From assembly GCA_035297105.1 (NCBI GenBank), contig DATGZO010000007.1:18593-82592 (forward strand): 64,000 nt of DNA. The letters are read 5' to 3'. The notes under the pieces are model-generated. The model saw only the letters and a list, made by a program, of their open reading frames with translations. It did no database searches and was not told the DNA's origin. The position numbers and the translations under genes are program-made. This DNA is from Thermoplasmata archaeon. GTDB taxonomy: Archaea; Thermoplasmatota; Thermoplasmata; Lutacidiplasmatales; UBA184. Positions 61,298 to 64,000 of this stretch are shown in pieces; positions within the stretch are counted from its first letter, which is position 1; each line of letters starts with the position of its first letter.

Positions 61298-61655
61298 CGG
61301 TCGGCCCGTCCCGGATCGGGACCACGATCTCCGACCGGGTCGAGAGGAAGCACGCCAGGTAGTCGGGAGAGGCCGAGACGTCGTCGACGATCACGGTGTG
61401 CCCTTCCCGGGCCGCCTGCCCACAGATCCCCTGTGAGATCGGGATCCGGGTGTGCTCGGTCGCTTCGGGGCCCTCCCACCCCTCGAGGACCAGGGTCTCG
61501 CCGTCGACGCGGTAGACCCCGATCCAGGGATAGTGCGAGAACTCGTGGGCCAGGTAACGGCAGACCTCCGAGAGCGCCGCGCGTCCCGCGAGACGGGTGA
61601 GGACGGCGTCGACCTGGAGGAGCGCGGGGACCGCCCGACGCTCCGGGACGCTCAC
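61161..61655 (-). CDS. GAF-domain protein (free methionine-(R)-sulfoxide reductase-like)
   Basis: 164 aa. WIGVYRVDGETLVL...GICGQAAREGHTVIVDDV...YLACFLSTRSEIVVPI...IGEIDVD is the single-GAF fRMsr-like pattern. Confidence 0.85.
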   Translation of the reverse strand: MSVPERRAVPALLQVDAVLTRLAGRAALSEVCRYLAHEFSHYPWIGVYRVDGETLVLEGWEGPEATEHTRIPISQGICGQAAREGHTVIVDDVSASPDYLACFLSTRSEIVVPIRDGPTVIGEIDVDGNAVRAFDASDRGFLERVAAKLVPAVRTAATEPPPPV

Positions 61656-61683
61656 GGTCCCCTCCGGTCCGGTCGGGGGGGAG

Positions 61684-61801
61684 CGCCGAGGGGGAGAATC
61701 TCCGCCGGGACGGGGCGACCGTCCCGGGCCTTTGAACTCCCGAGGCGTATTCCGCCACGAGCTTTCCAGACTCGCGCCGTACCGGACTGAGCCACCTCGG
61801 C
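61684..61801 (-). tRNA. tRNA-Ser (anticodon GGA), class II, with a putative 33-nt intron in the T-loop
   Basis: Minus-strand hand fold:
- Acceptor GCCGAGG (5' end at 61801) pairs with CCTCGGC; discriminator G at 61684.
- 3-bp D-stem with A14, G18G19 and A21.
- Anticodon stem CGAGT/GCTCG with loop CTGGAAA.
- Long variable arm GGCG-GAATA-CGCC.
- T-stem GGGAG/CTCCC, with T-loop TTCAAA...T interrupted by 61698-61730. Confidence 0.75.
61698..61730 (-). other. Putative tRNA-Ser intron (T-loop, about position 59/60; boundaries +/-1-2 nt)
   Basis: Excision restores TTCAAAT. The insert contains a perfect 9-bp hairpin, CCGGGACGG-TCGCC-CCGTCCCGG. Confidence 0.55.
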
Positions 61802-61830
61802 ACGCCCGGGGGCGTGGGACGGGATTCTCC

Positions 61831-61840
61831 CATTAAGCTT
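61831..61840 (-). promoter_or_regulatory. TATA-like box (AAGCTTAATG on the minus strand) upstream of tRNA-Ser
   Basis: Lies 30-39 nt upstream of the predicted tRNA 5' end at 61801. Confidence 0.4.
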
Positions 61841-61896
61841 ACCGGTCGGAGCCGCTGTGCACGGCGGCCCCGGCCTTCGGCCGTCTTAGAGTCGGT

Positions 61897-62136
61897 TCAG
61901 CCGCGGAGCGGATACCAGCCGCACTCGGGGCATCCCAGCGCCCGGTCTTCGCCGGGGATCGGGGAGGTGCACTCGGGGCAGGCGATCGGCGCGGGAACCG
62001 ACAGAGAGAGGCAGTCGAAGCAGCTGCCGGCCCGACGATCATCGGGCAGGACCGCGACCAGACGCCCGCAGTAGAGACAGTGCGAGAAGCGCTCGTCCGA
62101 CGTCTCGAAAGTTCGGATATCGCCGAAAGAAAGCAT
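61897..62136 (-). CDS. Small double zinc-ribbon protein
   Basis: 79 aa containing HCLYCGR...CFDC and CPEC...CPECG, i.e. four CxxC pairs. Codon third-position GC is high. Confidence 0.55.
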   Translation of the reverse strand: MLSFGDIRTFETSDERFSHCLYCGRLVAVLPDDRRAGSCFDCLSLSVPAPIACPECTSPIPGEDRALGCPECGWYPLRG

Positions 62137-62220
62137 CGGGCCGCAGCACCAGATGTCCGGTACATAAGGCCTCGCGCGACGGACGAGCCGAAGGCGTCGT
62201 CGGGGCGGCCGGAGCGACCC

Positions 62221-62967
62221 TCAGGGCTCCTGCCAGCGGGCCTTGACGGCGGCGATCGCGAACAGGACGACCACGCTCGCGACGAGGACGGTCCAGTCAA
62301 GGACCGCCGTGTCGAAGGGGAGCGGGATCAGCCCTACGGCCCCCTGCACGAGCTGGGCCGCATAGGTCGTGGGGGAGAACTTGGCGACCGTCTGGGCCCA
62401 GCCGGGGAGCGAGGAAAGCGGGTAGTAGACCGGCGGTAGGACGGTGAGACCCAGGGAGATGATCGGGCTGAACATGAAGGTCTCCCGCACATCCTGGAAG
62501 TACGTCGCGAGGGTGAACGCGAGCGCGGTGGCGAACGCCCAGACGAGGAGCAGCACGCCCGAGAGGATCACGAGGCTCGCGACCGTCGCGTACCCGCCGT
62601 AGAAGAAGAGGACGACGAACACGGCGAGGCCCGGGAGCGAATAGACGAGCTCGCTCAGCGCCATGCCCGCGACGTACACGGGCGCCTCGACCGGGGAGGC
62701 GACCACGATGTCCTGGAATTTGAGGTCGTGCCGGTAATGGGTGAGGTCGGACTGCAAGCCGGTGCCGACCGAAAGCATGGTGAGGACCATCCCCCCCGTG
62801 ATCCCGTAGGGGACGAGGGCTCCCTTCGAGACGATCGTGATGAAGAAGAGGAACGAAAGGGGGGATGCGAGGAGGTTGACGAGGTACAGGGGCTGGGTCC
62901 GGATCGGGATCATCCCGTTCATCACGACGAAGGTCCAGAGGGAGCGGAGGCGGTGACGTTCGGTCAC
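62221..62967 (-). CDS. ABC-2 type transporter permease
   Basis: 248 aa with six hydrophobic helices. Its start overlaps the stop of the upstream ATPase gene by 4 nt. Confidence 0.85.
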   Translation of the reverse strand: MTERHRLRSLWTFVVMNGMIPIRTQPLYLVNLLASPLSFLFFITIVSKGALVPYGITGGMVLTMLSVGTGLQSDLTHYRHDLKFQDIVVASPVEAPVYVAGMALSELVYSLPGLAVFVVLFFYGGYATVASLVILSGVLLLVWAFATALAFTLATYFQDVRETFMFSPIISLGLTVLPPVYYPLSSLPGWAQTVAKFSPTTYAAQLVQGAVGLIPLPFDTAVLDWTVLVASVVVLFAIAAVKARWQEP

Positions 62968-63923
62968 GCCTCGACCTCCTCTTCGGGCAGGGCGTCCTGG
63001 TCGATCGATTTCCCGACGATCTCGAGGAAGATGTCCTCGAGGCTCACCGGCCCCATCGAGACCCGCACGCCCCGCTCGAGGGCCTTCATGGCGAGCTCCC
63101 GCGCGGCTCCCTCCTTGGCGAAAACGAGGTGGCCGCCCTCGATGTCGGCGACCCGGCCGTACGAGTCGAGCTCCTCGCGGGGGAACGGATCCTGCACCGT
63201 GACCCGGTAGGGGTAACGGACGCGGGCCCGGAGGTCCTCGGGAGTGCCCTCGAGCCGAACCCTCCCCTTCTCGATCAGCGCGAGGCGGCTGGAGAGCGCC
63301 TCGGCTTCGTCGAGGTAGTGGGTCGTGAGGAGGATCGTCCGGTGCTCCCGGATCGTCCGGCGCACGGCTTTCCAGACCTCACGCCGTGCGAGCGGGTCGA
63401 GGCCCGTGGTCGGTTCGTCCAGGAAGAGAACCTCCGCGTCCGAGGCGAGCACCATCGCACAGAGGGTGCGGCGCCGCAGACCTCCCGACAGGCGAGCGAC
63501 GAGCCGTTTCGCATACTCCGTGAGGGAGAGCTCCTCGAGGGCATCCCGCGTCCGGCGCCGCGCCTCGGCGGGGTCCATCCCCCGCATCTTGAGGTAGAGG
63601 TAGACCACCTCCTCGGTGTTCAGGAAGTACAGCGGCCGCGCCTCCTGGGGAACGCAGGCGATCCGGGACCGGATCTCGCGCGGCTGGGTCCGGACGTCGA
63701 ACCCGAGGACCTCGAGCGACCCCGACGTGAGCGCGAGCTGGGTCGCGGCGATCCGTACGAACGTCGTCTTGCCGGCGCCGTTCCGGCCGATGAGCCCATA
63801 GACCCGCCCGGTGGGGATCTTCAGACTCACGTCATCGAGCGCCGCCGTGCCCGCCTTGGACGTGGGGTACACCTTCCCGAGGTGCTCGGCGGAGAGGGCG
63901 AGCGGGGGCATGGCCGCCGCCAC
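62964..63923 (-). CDS. ABC transporter ATP-binding protein (DrrA/ABC-2 type)
   Basis: Walker A GRNGAGKTT, the signature LSGGLRRR, Walker B VLFLDEPTTGLD and the H-loop TTHYLDEA. The start may be the second Met (MPPLAL..., 63911). Confidence 0.9.
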   Translation of the reverse strand: MAAAMPPLALSAEHLGKVYPTSKAGTAALDDVSLKIPTGRVYGLIGRNGAGKTTFVRIAATQLALTSGSLEVLGFDVRTQPREIRSRIACVPQEARPLYFLNTEEVVYLYLKMRGMDPAEARRRTRDALEELSLTEYAKRLVARLSGGLRRRTLCAMVLASDAEVLFLDEPTTGLDPLARREVWKAVRRTIREHRTILLTTHYLDEAEALSSRLALIEKGRVRLEGTPEDLRARVRYPYRVTVQDPFPREELDSYGRVADIEGGHLVFAKEGAARELAMKALERGVRVSMGPVSLEDIFLEIVGKSIDQDALPEEEVEA

Positions 63924-64000
63924 GGGCCGGGACGTTCTTAAGCGGCCCGCCGCCCCGTCAGCTCAGGATCTCATCCAGGCGGCCCGTCTCCCGGGCGCGG

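Noticed and set aside
61656-61896. A ~240-nt gene-free gap, considered as SRP RNA, RNase P RNA or another structured ncRNA
   Set aside because: I could not find conserved SRP helix-8 or RNase P motifs. The region is explained by tRNA-Ser with its intron, its promoter, and a short GC hairpin after the upstream zinc-ribbon gene.
1-64000. Search for CRISPR arrays, IS elements, integrases, toxin-antitoxin pairs, restriction-modification or other defence islands, and C/D-box sRNAs
   Set aside because: I noticed no spaced direct repeats and no transposase or integrase-like ORFs. No intergenic RUGAUGA...CUGA pairs turned up; the TGATGA occurrences all fall inside coding regions. This was a visual scan only, so a repeat finder and HMM search could still find something I missed.

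Overview
Very GC-rich (about two-thirds G+C by eye, not computed), densely packed archaeal chromosomal segment. The archaeal assignment rests on aIF2-gamma, aEF-1beta, ribosomal proteins S6e and L41e, PCNA, TiaS, AglB, archaeal phosphopantothenate synthetase, a Sec11-type signal peptidase and an A24 prepilin/preflagellin peptidase. Lineage cannot be fixed from the sequence; a Thermoplasmata-like euryarchaeon is only a guess. I support about 75 protein genes, mostly housekeeping or central metabolism:
- 2-oxoacid:ferredoxin oxidoreductase
- a LeuA/LeuCD/LeuB-type 2-oxoacid elongation cluster
- two thiolases
- succinyl-CoA synthetase
- the methylmalonyl-CoA mutase B12 subunit with MeaB
- CoaBC and PPS
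- NadB, Prs and an N-glycosylation cluster

Two tRNA genes are absent from the ORF track. Several sub-60-aa genes are also missing from it, including rpl41e.

Gene organisation is typical of compact archaea. There are many 4-nt ATGA/GTGA start-stop overlaps. AT-rich TATA-like boxes sit about 25-35 nt upstream of start codons, which suggests leaderless mRNAs. I saw no CRISPR array, transposase, integrase or recognisable defence island.

Most interesting observations:
1. tRNA-His and tRNA-Ser each carry a 32-33 nt insert at the same T-loop position, a non-canonical intron site.
2. A 2199-aa AglB oligosaccharyltransferase is fused to about 1300 aa of sequon-rich beta-sandwich repeats and a second membrane anchor.
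3. A 473-aa protein is built from two tandem Cas4/RecB-like PD-(D/E)XK modules, each ending in a four-Cys cluster.
4. A perfect 16-bp AT-rich palindrome sits at one promoter.

All calls come from reading the sequence and translations by eye. No searches were run.
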